Below are positions 39,546 to 51,899 of a stretch of 64,000 nucleotides of DNA, piece after piece. The stretch lies in assembly GCA_951406725.2 (NCBI GenBank), contig OX597815.1, positions 39,618,001 to 39,682,000 of the forward strand. The letters run 5' to 3'. The position numbers were made by a program, and so were the translations under genes. The stretch's first letter is position 1; each line of letters opens with the position of its first letter. Origin of the DNA: Octopus vulgaris. Lineage: Eukaryota. Below the pieces are notes generated by a model. That model was not told where the DNA came from. It made no database searches and saw nothing but the letters and a program-made list of their open reading frames with translations.

Positions 39546-40798
39546 TTTTAATTTCCAGGGCGTGTGATTTAGGTAGGGGGATACTTTGGCTGGTATTTTT
39601 AGCGTGTCGAGCGACCAAGTAGAGGCTCTTTTATTGGTTCGATTGCGTGATGATATTGTTTTTACACATATATGTAATATGTATATATACCATCAGCAGA
39701 AGTTAGAGAGCAAGTCAAAAGCTGAGAGTTTCGTGTACTGGCAATTATCAAACTAGATTTTGTCCATTGTCACTTCCGACGAAATAACTTCTAAAATACA
39801 AAATTTTGTCCAAAACGTGAAGAGTAAACCCTGTTCTATATGACACATTCTACCAGTATCGGAAGTTTGGAAGTGTTTAGTCAAAAAAAGTTAATTAAAT
39901 AATCTGTACATCTAATTGAATAGATCCGAAATAGATGAAAGTCGACCTCGACGGAGACAGACGAAATACCGCTTCTAAAATACGAAATTTTTTCAAAAAC
40001 GTTAAATGTAAACCCTGTACTATGTGACACATTATATCAGTATCGGAAGTCTGAAAGTGTTTAGTTTTAAAAAATCAATGAAATAATCTGTACGTCAAAG
40101 TCGACTTCGGCGAAATTGGAACTCAAAAACGTAAAGGCAGACGAAATACAGTTAAGCATTGCACTCGGCGCACTCACGTTTCTGCCAGCTCGCTTAGAAA
40201 GTCAACATTGATTTTAGAAATATATTCTTTATTCTTATAACTGAAGTGTTACTTCTTTACTCTCTTACTTACAGGAAATGTCGTCATATTTTACCTCATA
40301 ACTCTTTTTCTACTAAGTTTTGTTCAATGCGACTAGTGATTCTGAATTCCTCATGCATTTTTCTATCATTTAAGCCTAAGAAAGGTATACTTTTAATTTA
40401 AAATTAAAGTTTATGTTAATTGAAGGTGAATATGAGCCTTACTTCCCCTTCAGGTCGCAGATATTTTAATGTTACTTTTTTCTACTGAACCAAATCTCAA
40501 ACTATGCCAAAGTGTAGCTGAGGAGGTATCCTCTTTAAAACCGTTAACAATTTGTAATTTAGTTGAGACCTGAAGTAGTGGTGAAGCTTGGAAGCTGCTG
40601 CGATTGACGTAATGGTGGACTTAAGAATATATTCAACCACTACCGTGATTGAATGATAAAGGAGAAAGCTGCTTATTAATTAGCTATGTAACTATTTCGC
40701 TCGGCGTGCTTAACGATTTTGCCAGCTCCTCGCTTTAATTTATCTGTCTACCTATAATGGAGATAGCTGCTTATTAATTAATTAGGTATGTATGTTTA

Positions 40799-41030
40799 AG
40801 GCGGCGAGCTGGCAGAAACGTTAGCGCGCCGGATGAAATGCTTAGCGGTATTTCGTCTGTCGTTACGTTGTGAGTTCAAATTCCGCCGAGGTTGACTTTG
40901 CCTTTCATCCTTTCGGGGTCGATAAATTAAATACCAGTTCCGCACTGAGGTCGATGTAATCGACTTAATACCTATGTCTGTCCTTGTTTGTCCCCTCTAT
41001 GTTTAGCCCCTGGTGGGTAATAAAGAAATA
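40799..41030 (+). mobile_element. tRNA SINE monomer ending in the Tx1-type tail
   Basis: Complete head to aataaagaaata; taggtatgta occurs on both flanks (possible TSD). Confidence 0.88.
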
Positions 41031-41051
41031 GGTATGTATATGTTCTAAACA

Positions 41052-42720
41052 ATTTCTTTCTTTATTGCCCACAAGGGGCCAATGAAGAGGAGACAATACA
41101 GGACATGTGGGACATATAACATATGAAGGTGAATGATATGGCTTTGTACAAATGAAAATGAGACGGCCACCCCGGCCTCACTCCGGGATGGTTACGTTTT
41201 TACAATTAATTCAAAATGTTCATATAATTTTTCTTTTTTTTTTTTCTTTTAAAACGTTCATTGTTCGTTCAGTTTTCTGTTTTTCCTAAAAGTTGATTCT
41301 CAATAATTATTTCTACTTAACACTTAATGACTTTATCTCGACATATTCTACTGCTGGGGTGCGGGGCTCATTTCTCACCCCCGGCCCCAGTGGATTCACT
41401 TCTGATGGAAATGCTTCTTTTAGTGTTTTATATCTTTCTTCATTTATCAAAATACACCTCGTGTCTCTATCATAACCTTCTGTTAATTTTACTTTTGTAA
41501 TACCTTTCATTTTGTAATTTTTCTTTCGATTTTTTTGGTTTCTACAATATGTTACAAAGTATATTCTGTTTCTATATGTGTTCTCACCCTGCTGTGCATT
41601 TTGTGTGTCTGTGTTTGGGTTTTTGTGTGTCTGTACGTCTGTGTGTTTCTGTCTCTGTATGTCTGTATGTTTGTGTCTGTGTGTTTGCTTGGTGATACCG
41701 TTCTGCTTGTGATGTTTTTTCTTTCTTTTTTTTTCGGCGAAACTATGGTCGTGTTGTTTCTACTTGTTGCTGTTGCTTGTTTTAATGGGTATGTTTCTTC
41801 CTGTGATTTATGTTTCTTTTGCTGTAGTTCCTCCTTGGGCGGTGTATTCCTCCTCTCTCTTGTTCTTACATTTGTAAACTTTGTGTCCTGTTCTTCGTCT
41901 CGAGTCTTTTGCTCTAATTTCATTGCACATTCTTGTGCTTCCATCTCTGGAACCTCCTTCACTTGTTGGGGACACTTTTTTATATGTGTCCCCTCTCCCC
42001 GCAAGAATAGCAGGTAGGGAGCCTTCCATCCAATATTACTTCTAATTTTACATCATTTGATAGTTCTAGTATCTCTGGTATTCCAGCATATTCTGTTTGG
42101 TTGACTCGAAAAAAACATCTCCAGTCGGTAACCCCAACAATTTGGAGGTTATCTGGAGGATGCTAATGCTTTCATCTCCTTCGTCTCCCACGTCAAGGAT
42201 CGCCACTATCAGCCACTGGGGATCCATTTCAGGCGGAATCCTGCCTACCCTAACTCTTGCCCAGGTATATGGGCAGTAAGTTCCACTCGTCCGAATGTAA
42301 CGGCACAGTGGAGTACTCACCTTCTTTTTTGGAGGCGAAAGTGACCACCACTTTGCCGTATCTTCTACCTCTTGTGTAAAAGATAGTAACGACTTTAATC
42401 TCCTCTAGGCACTTTTCTACGTCTTCCTGTGTTGCCATATCTATTTTTCTCTTGCTTCTCGAGAACGTTCTGTATATAATCTATTTCTTTTCCATTTCCT
42501 TCAGTTCTTCTTCTGGTGGGGTCAACTTTATGTTAGGCCCCTCTCTATGTATTCTTTCATGGTATTTTTGTATGAGCTCGTCTTTGAAATCTACTTCTTA
42601 TTGCTTCAGCAAACTTAGGTCCACAGTTTTCTGTCTTCCCGTTGCTGAAGCGCAACTCTTCGACTCCATTTGAGATACCTTTCCACGTAAAAAACAATTA
42701 CAGAGACAAGCCAACCACTA
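41052..42720 (-). mobile_element. ORF1-only retroelement, near full length
   Basis: Disrupted ORF from ATG ~42669: LLPIYLGK..IPPEMDPQWLIVA..CYSCGERGH knuckle, low-complexity linker, C-terminal block 41313-41510, Tx1-type tail. Confidence 0.75.
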
Positions 42721-42743
42721 CGGATGGCGTCACACTTGTTAAA

Positions 42744-44340
42744 TTATCTTCTTGACCGCTCGGACCAGGTCTGAGTTAGGAGGGTCTCCCTACTCGCCTC
42801 CTTGCTCCAGTTCTTCTCTATCTGGAGGTCTGGTCCAAACCAGACCTCTAGCATTTTAACCGGTCCCGCCGTCCAGCATCCGACGATGCTGTTGGGTGGC
42901 ATCGACTTTCCCCTCCAGGTGCCGAGTTGCAAGTCGACTGATTTCTCCCGGTTAATTTTTGCTCCTGCCGCCGCCTCCTAATCCTTAATGGTCACACCTA
43001 GCCTCTGTAGGTGGTCCACCTCGGATACGATGATGGTGATGTCGTCCACATAAGCCGAAACCGATTTTCCGCAACCTAGATCACGCAGGACACCCCTTGT
43101 CTCCTCCAATTTCCACAGCAAAGGCTGAAGAGCCAACACATACAGCAGTGGGGAGAAGGGACACCCTTGACGTACCGAGCGCTTGATTGAGAACGGCTTC
43201 AAGAAGAAACCGTTCGCCCGAACGATCGAATCGATGTTGCTATAAGGAGCAATGATTCAACTGAGTAAGGTTAGGACCAACCCGACCGCCGCGAGGACCG
43301 ACACCGGATACCGACGGTCAACCCTATCAAAAGTTTTAGATTGGTCTAAATGGACCAAATCCCACCATTGCTAGGAATCCTGTTAACCCTCTCTAAGATA
43401 TAGCATATAAGGTGGAGATTGTCGTGTATAGATCTGCCCGGAATAGCACACGTTTGTACCACCCCTACAATTCCACCTACAACACATGCCAACCTTTTTG
43501 CTAATACCTTGGCCAAAATCTTCAGCGCTGCATTAAGCAGAGTGATGGGCCTAAAATTGTCTATAAAGTCCCTCTTGTTTGGATCCTTTCTAAGCAGTGT
43601 CACCACTCCCTGACTCACAGATCTAGGAATGAACCCATTCTGTTGCCAGTTCGTGAAGACACATGCCAGTAGGTGCCCAAACAAGTCTGGCATACTATAA
43701 TATAACTTGTAGAGATGACCATCTAGCCCCGGCGACTTGTCCGCATCGCAGTCCGCAAGAGCTTCCTCCACCTTCGCAGCAGTAATTGGCCTTTCACACT
43801 ATTCCGCCTTCCATCCTGAGAGATGCGGCAAGCTGGCGAGGAGGTCTGTGAGATCCCTCCATCTCTCCGTCTCGCCACTCCTTCCGAAGAGCTGGGCGAA
43901 ATGTTCTTGAAAGACCTTACACATCTCCTCAGGTTCGTTTACCAAGTTACCTTGTTGGTCCGTCAAAGACCTTATTGTGACATCGTTGCTCTGCTGGGCC
44001 TCTACCACACGAGCCCATCCAGCAGCTTTGATTACCTCTTGTCCCATTGCACGTTGCTTCGCCCTGACTATGCATCTCTCGTGTTCAGCTTTGAGGCGTT
44101 GGTTTAGAGCCAATCTCACTGCTAAAACTTGGGACGCACAGCCTGACCTCAGCGCTTCTTCTACAGCCTTAACTAGGGCCCTTTTAATTCTAGTCTTCTT
44201 CTTAGCCATCCCTATGCTATATTGAATCGACTCAAATCTTATGGCGCTTTTGAGGGCATACCAGCATTTGTTGTTAATAATGGAACCGGTCAATGCCCTC
44301 ATCACTAACTGCCTAATCCGGGTCCTGTACTCCTCTTCGC
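42744..44340 (-). mobile_element. Tx1/L1-clade LINE ORF2 fragment (linker and RT)
   Basis: KSPGLDG, NFRPITLLN, SVRQGCPFSP, AYVDDIT motifs; stops and frameshifts. Confidence 0.92.
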
Positions 44341-45595
44341 GCGCACACATAGATACACATACATACAAATGAAAGACAATGAATGTGTGTGTGTGTGTGT
44401 GTGTGGTATGCTATTCACTGATAAAATTTCGTGCTGCATCACTTTTGTGAAGTTTTGTCAGTGAACAAGTCACAGTTTGAAAGCGATGAAAATATCTTGA
44501 CACAGATGAAAGTTTTATGTTGAAGTGAAACTAACGATTTTTGTGTGTTCTTGAATAGCTTACAAACATCTTCCATGCTGCAATTGTTTTTTGTTTCAGC
44601 ACATGATCTCAAATCAAGTCACTTGCTATGCAAGTACATCTTCGTAATTTTTTAAAATATCAATGTGGATAAAAGCCAGCAATGACCTTCTCAGGCTCAC
44701 CAATATTTTAATTTCTAAACAGAAGCAATCGGGGGTAGGGAGTGGGGTTGCAAAAAAATTCATAATTTCTCAAATTTTCTTTTTTATAGCATATAAATGT
44801 GTTTATGGGAAGGGGGAAATATTGAAAAGCATCAATACATGCGAGTGATAAAGAAACAGGGCGGGCTGCTTTTTTTTTACCGAAAATACACTTCCTCTGG
44901 TTTTGAAGTGCAAAACAATTGGTTAAAATACGTCTGGAGTGGGATGATGAGGGAATTTTCAAAACATTTTTCATACGATGATGACCCCAACCAAACTTTA
45001 TCATTTCGAAGGCTATGGCTTAAAAACAATGAGAGAAAACTCTGAAAAACTTTTCCCTGCAAATTTCTTTATAATCGTAATCTATGCCATTTGAAAGGGA
45101 TTTGTATAAATTTTCATTAAAAGATACCCATGTTCCTAAAAGTTATGAGGGAAAACAGTCAGATCGTGTGAATTTTCTAAAACTCCTCTCTCCATCCCCT
45201 CGGAAAAAATCTTTGCCATAAATCCCTATATTCTCTGAAGCCACAACATCTAAGCGGTATTTGTAGAAAATTTTGTTAAAAATCATCCATTTTTCTGAAT
45301 GTTATGAGGCAACAAAATCGGAGGTGTATACATCTGTAGTAATGCCCTTTTGTTTATACGATTTTGTTCATTTCATGTTCATTTCATTCATTGTTTGCAA
45401 TGTTCTCCCCACCCCATCTCAAACACACACTGCAAAGCTTGCAGATGGGCTACTGAATTGAAACCTCCTTGTTGCTTTGAGGGGAAGGTAAAACTTGATA
45501 AACTGCTTCTCCCTCTGTTGTTGGACTACTGTGGTGCTTAAAAAAGACAGATTATGACTGTGATAAAATAATGAAAGCAATATTTACTAAACAAA

Positions 45596-46180
45596 AGGCG
45601 TTGAGCTGGCAGAAACATTAGCACGTAGGGCGAAATGCTAAGCGGTATTTCGTCTGCCGCTACGTTCTGAGTTCAAATTCCGCCGAGGTCAACTTTGCCT
45701 TTCATCCTTTCGGGGTCGATAAATTAAGTACCAGCTACGTACTGGGGTCGATGTAATCGACTTAATACCTATGTCTGTCCTTGTTTGTCCCTTCTATGTT
45801 TAGCCCCTTGTGGGTAATAAAGAAATAGGTATTTCGTCTGCCGCTACGTTCTGAGTTCAAATTCCGCCGAGGTCGACTTTACCTTTAATCCTTTCGCAGT
45901 CGATTAAATAAGTACCAGTTAGGCACTGGGGTCGATATAATCGACTTAATTCGTCTGTCTGTCCTTGTTTGTCCTCTCTCTATTTAGCCCCTTGTGGGTA
46001 GTAAAGAAATAGGTATTTCGTCTGTCGTTATGTTGTGAGTTAAAATTCCGCCGAGGTCGACTTTGCCTTTCATCTTTTTGGTGTCGATAAATTAAGTACC
46101 AGTCGTGTACTGGGGTTGATCTAATTGACTGGACCCTCCCCAAAACCTTCGGGCCTTCTACTTTAAGTAGAAAAAAATAT
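45596..46180 (+). mobile_element. Trimeric tRNA SINE: head + 2 x (body + Tx1 tail) + body + second tail
   Basis: Each body restarts at ggtatttcgtctg right after aaagaaata. Confidence 0.9.
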
Positions 46181-46464
46181 TTACTAAGCAAGTGAGCACT
46201 ATTATACAAAGAAATAATTTGACGTAAAATATTAAAACTATTCTGTTGTGTCTGGGAAGAGTCATTCTCTTTTAGTGCCTTGTAATTTAACACACTCATT
46301 GGTAAAATTTCTACTCATTTATTTATTTTTTTTTTATTTTCATTGCGTCTTGCAAACCAAATTCAAAACCGAAATAAAAATTATTAAAATTAGGAATCAA
46401 ATGTGAAAATATTATCAAGGGGCCAGCAGAAAATCGCCCGAAGTGCGGTCTTTCTGCTAGTAAT

Positions 46465-46810
46465 AAGAATAATCCTTTTTACTATGGGCACAAGGCTTGA
46501 AATTTGGGGGAGGGGACTAGTCGACTACATCGACCCCAGTGTTTCACCGGTATTTAATTTATCGACCCCGAAAAGACGAAAGGTAAAGTCGACCCCGGCA
46601 CAGTTTGAACTCAGAGTGTAAAGAGGATGAAATGTCACTACGCATTTTGTCCAACGTACTAACAATTCAGCCAGCTCACCGCCTCAGTATAGGCATGAGA
46701 CTCGAAATTTTAGGTAATAAGGTTAGTTGATTATAATGACCCCAGTGCTCAACTGGTACTTACTTTATTGACCCTGAAAGGAAGTTAGTCAAAGTTGACC
46801 ACGGCGAGAT
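46465..46810 (-). mobile_element. tRNA SINE monomer plus partial copy (second tail type)
   Basis: Family similarity to 39245-39545. Confidence 0.75.
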
Positions 46811-47614
46811 TTTTACCTTCGAATGCCTCAAAACCTTTTTCCGATGCTGTAATGATTCCACCATTCAACCACTCAAAGAAAATAATGAATATAGAAACAA
46901 TAATTCCTTCTTTATTAACTGCAAGGGCTCCAAAAGAAAAAAAAAACAATAGAAAATGGCAAAAATACAAACATAGCTGGATGTTTGCGGTAGGTATTAA
47001 AAAGCAATAACAAATATATTTCCAGAACAAGAAGAATAGCTGTTGAGGGGCCAATCAAGAAAACTCCTCAAAACTTCGATACCCCTACTTAGAGAAGGCC
47101 CATTTACTCGGACCATCCTTGCTACTTTCATCCACTTATCAACACATTTGCTTAGAAGCAATAATTCCCTCTCCAAAATAAACTTGAAAAAAGGTGATGG
47201 AAGCTTGACCGGAGAAGATTTGTCTTCAGTCTTTTTGCCACAATCACCTTCTCAGGCAAAGAAAGGCAGCGAGGCAATCTTTACAATGGACCCAGGTGAC
47301 AGGCGATGAACCTACGACAACACCTGTTTGACAAAGCTCCAGTAACACTGTCGCACTATGCACACTGCGGACAGATACAACCGACGGCACTTCCGTGCTT
47401 GTAGAATTTGTCTTGAACATCACTGCTTCCCCAGGCAATGGATCCAGCAACTACAATTACCACTGACACCTATACATAAACTCTTCAAATTAACAGAAGA
47501 CTCTTACAGAATCCTAAAAATTAAATCTCCGGGTGATGCTGGAAGTTTCTGTAATAAATTACGCAAAAGACTCTTTGAAGAACACCATTTATGTTGTTTG
47601 GAATGGGGTGGAAT

Positions 47615-47835
47615 TAATAATGGTTTCAAATTTTGGCACAAGGCCAGAAATTTCAAGGGAGGGACTAAATCGATTGCATCAATCCTTGTGCTCAACTGAT
47701 ATTAATTTTATCGACCTCAAAAGAATGAAAGCTAAAGTATTATTCGGTGGAATTTGAACTCAGAATATAGAGACGGACTAGATGTCGCTAAGCATTTTGC
47801 CCGCTGTGCAAACGATTCTGCCAGCTCACCGCCTT
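47615..47835 (-). mobile_element. tRNA SINE monomer (second tail type)
   Basis: Head aaggcggtgagctggcagaatcg; tail ccttgtgccaaaatttgaaacc(att)n. Confidence 0.8.
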
Positions 47836-49083
47836 AGAGGATGGAATTAATAATTTTAAAAGAAAGTTTAAAGACTGCAAATTTTGATAACTTTAACCAA
47901 TTAGAAACCTCTATCATGCACATACTAGAAATTGCAATTACCATTGGGCGATGATGTTATGGAAGGTGTTATTTGTTTGCGTGAGACGAAGCGTGGTACT
48001 GTTGTTATAAATATAAAGAATTTAATGAAAGAATATGGAAACATTGTGGTTTTGAATAAGATTAGGGTTTGTAGTGAAGTCTAAAGTTTCATTGCAAACA
48101 AAACGTTTCATTAGTTTTTTCCCCCCATCTTTAAATGTTTTGTAAAGCTTTTATTATTAATTTCTCAAAAATAACAAATTGTGATCGTTCGTATGCGCAT
48201 ATGAAAAACAAAAAAAAAAAGTGAAAAAAAGTCGCACTTCCTTACATCACAACGGCATTGTGGAGAATGAATAGATTTGATTGACTTAAATTATCCAAAA
48301 TTTTAACTTTTAATGATTTGTAATTAATTTCTACAAAGACAGAGAGAGAGAGATAAAACTGTACGCAATTTTCTTAACATGCAAAATTACGTATTCATGG
48401 AAAGTTTTGTAAAATTGGGCTGTGTAAACCTAACAGAAAAGACCTGTCTTTTTCTTTAAATGTATATCATGGTTTTATCATAAATAGATCCTTGTTTTGT
48501 TGAAATATTCAATTTATTTCAATACGCTTTATGCGGCATATTAAGCTCAATGAACTTCATAGATTTTGATCACTTCAATATATAACACGTTAAATATTGC
48601 TTTCTCTTTTCCTCATTTTAGAGTCTTTATACGACAAATTATCTCTAACCACTTTTAAGGTCACCGTTTACTCAAGTGTTTGTTAATGTTTCAAAACATA
48701 GCTGCATTCTTTCATTTTCAGAAATTATGTTATGAATTTCACACACAAAAGAGGTCGAACTGCTTGAATGATGTGACAATGAGTACCAGTTTTAAGGCCA
48801 AGTACTTAAGACTTAAATTTCTCACTCAGCGGGATCATTTACACCACTCTAGTTGTAAAATGTTTTACTATTTTACACTCAGGTTTTCTATAGAAAAATC
48901 AACCTTTGAATGTTTGTTGTACAATGTGTCATTGTATAATGCATTACTAACAATAAGAATTTTGTTATGCCACCGTTGGTTATTGCCTGAGGGAGACAGC
49001 AGTTTCTTACCTGGTGGAAATGTTTCAGCTTTTAGATTTTTATTTCAGTCTTTTTAGTTAGCCTATTGTGCGCTCTCGCACGT

Positions 49084-49118
<35 letters not shown>

Positions 49119-50571
49119 GTGTGTGTAAAATCCTTTGTTCTATTTTGGCTAATTTACTTCCTCAGAAACTTAATTCTATTTCAAAAATGGGTGTGTGTGT
49201 ATGTTTACATTTATAATGTTTTATACTTATATTTTTATGCTTGCATGATTGTGTAGACGTATATATATTTTTTTTTAGACTATATTGTGTAGACGTATAT
49301 TGCCATACATTCAACCATATTATACAACTCTCGTAAATCATTATATCATAATCTGCATTTAATACGAGCATGATTCGTTTATGGACCAACCTTACATTTA
49401 TTTATTTGGAAGCCGTCTGCAGTGGTATGTGCATAATAACTTGTAATTGTAAAATACTTAAATCAATTGACATCACAGACATTATAAACCTCTTACAGTT
49501 GAGTATGTAAGAAATGTATATTTCTCCTCAAATCTGTCTCAAGCATTTACCTTTTAAATTGTCAGGTATGAATGCAATGTAAAAACGTCGGCTTTCAATC
49601 AGTTCTTTTATTTCGCTTTCTATACACTGCCGTTATTTTTTTATTTCATCTTCACTATTATTCGTTATTTTGTCTTCATCTTCCCTTCCTTCTAAAGCAA
49701 CACTGTATGTGATACATCTGACCCTTATGGGTCACTAAGCTTGATTCGCATTTAGAGAAAAGACGAGCATTGTCAAAAACCTGGTCGTTGATGCCACCCT
49801 TGCTGCTTCAGACAAGTTTTCGACTGAAGTGTATACATGCTACAATGTATAGCTTCTAATTACAAAAAGTAAATATAGATACTTTTATGATTGTCAACTT
49901 ATATCCGTTTGTAATTTAATTTGCTAAAGTTTATCGACTTTCTTTACTATAAAAAGCGGGAGGGTGAAAATTTAATAATAATAATAATAATGAAGACCAA
50001 GTTGTTGAATAATCTTGATACTCTTCTTGTGAGAGCAAGCACATCTGAAGATCCACCTGTTGACCACAGAGATACGTCATCAATTCATCTTTGTCACTAG
50101 ACATCTGCTTTCTTTGTACAGGCGTAAACGTAATTATAAAATTAGGCCATACACAACTGACTATAGAACAAATACTCTGGGTATCATATATAAAAACACT
50201 CCCCAATACATTTTATGGAGTCGTGTTAATTTTTTTTTTTTTTAATTTTTTTTTTTATTTTATCTAGTTTCAGCTCACGAGCTGTGGCCATGCTGGAGCA
50301 CCGCCATTTATATATTTATATATTTATTTTTAACTCTCAATCTTTTAAGCTTTTGAATCCTTACTTTTGAGGCAGGAATAACTTGAAATAGCAATTAATT
50401 CCCTGTATTAAGCCTATTGAAGATATAACAAAAGGAATACAACTTCTAAAAGACGCTGTCAACTGATGAAGTTGTCGACGCTTATTGTAATCAAAAATAC
50501 GTAGGCTTAACTAGTGTTACCGAACTAACAATCTGACACAAAACAACTCTGGTCGAAGATATTTGATTTTT

Positions 50572-50611
<40 letters not shown>

Positions 50612-50774
50612 GTGGGGTTGGGAGGAGGTAAGCATAGGCATTTCACAATGATTTTTTACTTACAGATAAACTCGGCTAGACACTGATTATACGTTCAGAC
50701 ATGTATGCATTCAGATGCTTGCGCTTATAAGCGTCTGTGCCTGTCGTGTGTGCGCGCGCGCGTTTGTGTGAGTC

Positions 50775-50830
50775 TACTCTGAACTTCCCGGCGTATAAGA
50801 CGCACTCTTGCATAAGATACTCCTCTATTT
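50775..50830. mobile_element. Solo pogo/Tc2-like terminal inverted repeat relic
   Basis: ttcccggcgtataagacgcac motif; partner end not identified. Confidence 0.35.
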
Positions 50831-51899
50831 TACGAGGAGATTTTGTGAAAGGGGGTGGGCAAATTTAGTATGTTCCCTCATACACTCGTTGAGTGGTTTT
50901 GGTGAGAGAAAAGTGCGATTCTGTGCAAGTGATTAGTATATTGTGACTGTATACTGGAATAACTATAAATTTATCATATACTACATTAAGAGAGAGTACC
51001 ATAAATCAACGCTATCGTCTCTCAGATCAACTGTATCGTTGGTAATATTTTAGTCAAGAGAACTGCCATACAGCATTTCTGTCTGTGATGTTTTGTGTTT
51101 CTGCAAATGATCTTCAGGGTAACACACCACCGCTATGATTTTGTTGTCATCTATATATTCCAAATAGCTGACAGATGGATGAAAGTTTCTGTATGTCATT
51201 CTCTATAACCTCCAGCCCATCACATCTTATGAGTGGAATAGGGTTGGTGGAAACTGTAGAAAATCCTGTTAGGCGAATTGTACCAGTATATTTTAGAAGT
51301 TACAGCCTTGTCAGACTGTGTCACTCTGAGAATTATGCGAAAGGCATATATGTATGCAGAAAGGTCAGCCAATCACACGTTACTTTGAGAGCAAGTAATT
51401 CAGATTATCAAACAACTGAATCATCATTGCCGAACGATGGAGATCTACCACCACCTATTTACCTACTTTTTGAGTCATACTTTCATCTACTTGTCCTCTC
51501 ATTTGAGCAAATGAAGAGTCATGAGAACTCTTTAGTTTTCCTGACGCAAGGCACCCTTGCTAATGATTGATGCCTCAATAAAATTACACCAAGTACACTG
51601 TAAAATTATTGGCAAACAAGTAGAGATAATCTAGGCTCAAAAGAACTCTTTAGTCATGTTGAAGACACGTCAACTTCTCAGGTATGGATACCATGATAAA
51701 ACGTAATTAGTACAAGGAGTAGTGGTTAGTCATAGCAAGGGCATTCAGCCATAGAAACCAAACTCAAAATTGAAATTACAAGCAAGACATAGTCTTCTAA
51801 ATCATCTCAAAGGACAGTAACTCCAAAAATAACTGACTTGAACTGTGGTGACGTGTCCAACCTATTCTGGCATGGAAAGCAAACCTAATTATTATATGT

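Noticed and set aside
46820-47600. Coding-like stretch, perhaps a LINE C-terminus
   Set aside because: No diagnostic motif could be assigned with confidence.
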